From: Azolla caroliniana
Lineage: Eukaryota; Plantae; Polypodiophyta
Length of the DNA: 64,000 bases
Direction of reading: 5' to 3'
Assembly: GCA_043228905.1 (NCBI GenBank)
Contig: JBHGNT010000017.1
Location: forward strand, 7,130,001-7,194,000
Within the stretch, counting starts at the first letter, position 1. Each line of letters starts with the position of its first letter. The notes below the pieces were generated by a model. The model saw nothing but the letters and a program-made list of their open reading frames with translations. It had not been told where the DNA came from and searched no databases. The position numbers were made by a program, and so were the translations under genes. Shown piece after piece: positions 61,377 through 64,000 of this stretch.

Positions 61377-63510
61377 CGTCTGTGTGTACCAGTTCCAGTG
61401 TAGCTTCTCTTCTCTTCAGTGGTCTCAAGTGGAACACAGGTCTGTTTTGTTTTCGAACCAGGCAGTCGGCACATCTCTCCGAGTGCACTCCTTTTACTTC
61501 TGGTAGAAGTTTTTGGTCGGCAAGGATATGCATGACTCTCTCACTCATGTGGCCAAGCCTCTTGTGCCATAACTCTCCACTCGAGTCGGTTACCATGTTT
61601 GCTTCGTCCTTGCACAGCTTGGCATGTATCATGTACAAAATACAATGTTTCTATGCTCGGGCCACTATGAGATTTCCCCGAGAGAACTTCCATTTCCCAT
61701 TTCAAAAACTACCATTGTAGGCTTCATCCTCCATTCTTCCAATCGATATCAATTCAGCCTGATCTTAGGTACATGTCAAACATCCCTCAAGGTCAACCGA
61801 CAACCGGTTGACTTTGTCAGACAAACACTTCCAATGTTGACTAGTTTGTATTCTCCATTATCTCCCATCTTTACACAACCATAGTCACCTGTTGTGTAGG
61901 GCGAGAAACACTCTCTCGACGAAGTTATATGAAATGATGCACTGGAGTCAATCACCCAGGTGCACTCTTCATTTGCAAGGTTTGCACTCACTTGCTCGCA
62001 AATGAATTGAAGCTCTTCTTTGCTTGTAGTCACGACTGAAGTGCCCTTCTCCTCAGAAATTCTTCTAGGTTCGACATCATTTTAAACACCTTTATCTTTC
62101 TTAAAGTGTCAATGGTCCTTCTAGAAGTGTCCAAGTTTTCCACAGTAGAAACATGTCAGTTTTCCTCTGGACTTGGATCTGGCCTGAGATTTGTCTCTGT
62201 TCTATCAGTTCCTTTGCTTGGCTCTTCCTTTGTCAAAATGTTGTGCCACATTTGCCTCTGATTGGGACAGGACACCCTTGTCCTTCCTTCTTGTTTCCTC
62301 GTTCAGGATACTTGTCTTTACCACTTGTAGAGACAGGTTTTCTTCTTGACACGAGGTACTGAGAGACACCACTAGATTCTCCCAACTATCCGGTAGAGCA
62401 CATAGTAGTAGTAAGGCTTGCATTGCATCATCAAGTGGGAACTTTGCCACCGCAAGCTGATTCACCAACCCCATGAAGGTGTTAATGTGTACCTCCATGC
62501 TTTCTCCATCTTTGTACTTCAGTCTCACGATCTTTCTCATCGGAGAGGTTTTGTTTAGGGCATTCTTCCTCTCGTACAACCCTGATAGTTTGTGCCACGT
62601 TTCGTAGTCATTTGTGCTGTTAGCCAAGTGTTGTATGACACTCACATCTACACATTATCTTATAGTAGCCATTGCATTCCTGTTTAGGAGTTTCCACTTA
62701 GACTCCAATACCCCTTGTGGATATTTCACTTCTGTCTATGTGTTCATACAGATCTTTGACTATCAGAAGACCCTCCATCTTGATCTTCCAGTCAGAGTAG
62801 TTGTGTGAGTTCAGGACTATCATACCTGGAAAGCCGCTCACACTTCCTTCCATTCTTGCACCTCAAGCTATGATACCAGTTTGTAGGCAACGGACCATAA
62901 GTCTCTGAGAAAGATAAACTAGAAAGGCTAGATGTAAGGTTAAAGATGTGCATGTGTGTTGTGCGCTCAAACATTTGTAAATATAAAAATAGGACTAAAC
63001 CCTAGTAACATTTGGCTGCGCACAAAGGGGTGCAAGCAAGGTTTGAACCTTGCACCTCCAAGATAGAAAACAAATTAACTTACCACTAAAGCTACTACTG
63101 AATGCTCTAAATTTTAAAAATACATTTTCTTTTCATATTCAGTATTCCATAGGAAACAAACATATAAAAACTGTGTGCACAAAACCATGGTTTTGGCATG
63201 GAGAGACCTATAAAAGCCTTTAGTTGGGCTTGTGTAAGGGGGGGAAGCTTTGTATTGAGTGAAGAAACTTCTAATAAAAATTCTAGTTATCTTATTAGTG
63301 ATGTGTCTCTCAAATTTGAAGTCAAGGGTTCAATCTCTCTCTCTCTCTCAATCTGTCTCAAAATTGGAGTCTTCGTCTCTCATTCTCTATCTCTATCTAT
63401 CTTAAATACTTTCTCGCTTACGCTAATACAAACTTCTAATCCTTCCGGTCTAGGACCCAGCGGTCCGACTTCATTTCGCGAACACGCGAGGATTTCCTTG
63501 ACATCTTTCT

Positions 63511-63526
63511 TGGTGAACCCGACGTG
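63511..63526 (+). promoter_or_regulatory. Primer-binding site complementary to plant cytosolic tRNA-Trp
   Basis: TGGTGAACCCGACGTG is the reverse complement of ...CACGTCGGGTTCA-CCA (tRNA-Trp 3' end recalled from memory). Confidence 0.75.
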
Positions 63527-63573
63527 GAGAAGTGGTAGGAAGGATCAAGAAGAGGTTCGATTGATACTTGGAT

Positions 63574-64000
63574 ATGGAATCCTCGAGCAATCAAGAGGGA
63601 GAGTTCGAAAGGATGATGATAATCGTCGAACAAATGATGAGATCTCGAGACAACGATGCGAGCGTGGAGAAGATTGTTGATTGTGTCGTGGAGGCCATGG
63701 GTCAATTTCATGGAAGGAACATTACTAAGTTCCTTGATGCATACAAAAGGGAGACGAATCAAAGGGATGTGTCGGAAGCACGTCAAATCTCGAGTTTTAA
63801 GCGAGTTGTCGCCAACAACGTCCAAAGGCAGGTCATCGAGCTCCAAGAAGGGAAGACAACGTGGTTGGAGTTCGAAAAAGAAATATTAGTGGAGTTCGCG
63901 ACCGAGGATTTGTCGAAGATGACTCGACATGACTTGATGAACTGGATAGAGAAGAAGAATAAGAAGATGAGTGCCTCGAGGATGTATGACAAGTTCGACC
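63574..64000 (+). CDS. Gag-like protein, N-terminal 142 codons, open to the window edge (absent from the ORF track)
   Basis: MESSSNQEGE...GQFHGRNITKFLDAYK...TTWLEFEKEIL; no stop codon; lies directly after the PBS. Confidence 0.7.
   Translation, partial: MESSSNQEGEFERMMIIVEQMMRSRDNDASVEKIVDCVVEAMGQFHGRNITKFLDAYKRETNQRDVSEARQISSFKRVVANNVQRQVIELQEGKTTWLEFEKEILVEFATEDLSKMTRHDLMNWIEKKNKKMSASRMYDKFD

Larger units (their letters stand above)
52455..62925 (-). mobile_element. Older copia 'E' (relative of B/D), host of D and a solo LTR
   Basis: 3' LTR 52455-53112; PPT 53113-53128; RT-RH ORF 53107-54231; gag ATG 62853 (MEGSVSGFPGMIVLNSHNYSDWKIKME); PBS 62867-62878; only 44 bp of the 5' LTR (62882-62925) remain before the next insertion. 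Confidence 0.88.
62933..64000 (+). mobile_element. 5' end of a Ty3/gypsy-like element: LTR 62933-63503, tRNA-Trp PBS, gag
   Basis: TGTAAGG...CCTTGACA; TATAAAA at ~63209; PBS at 63511; ORF from 63574. Confidence 0.78.

Overview
This is a gene-free, deeply nested plant retrotransposon cluster. Element lineages, (CT)n tracts and primer usage suggest a seed-free plant such as a fern, but that is inference. No host gene, rRNA, true tRNA gene or CRISPR array is supported. It contains a decayed L1-clade LINE, about ten Ty1/copia elements or fragments, several solo LTRs and an hAT-type non-autonomous DNA transposon. One copia element is intact, with apparently identical LTRs and a single 1357-aa ORF (56051-61376). 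There is also a 2.75-kb Ty3/gypsy chromovirus derivative (gag-protease-chromodomain, no RT/INT, Tf1-like self-priming signal) and the 5' end of a gypsy-like element primed by tRNA-Trp. Most nesting events can be ordered from target-site duplications (TSDs) read directly in the sequence. The most unusual signals are: (1) a ~178-codon acidic-then-basic extension of copia Pol past RNase H, shared by two diverged copies; (2) tRNA-derived A/B-box modules inside gypsy-type LTR sequences; (3) a recurrent hairpin at the 5' terminus of LTRs from several families; (4) the minimal self-priming chromodomain element. All coordinates were counted by eye and may be off by a few bases.
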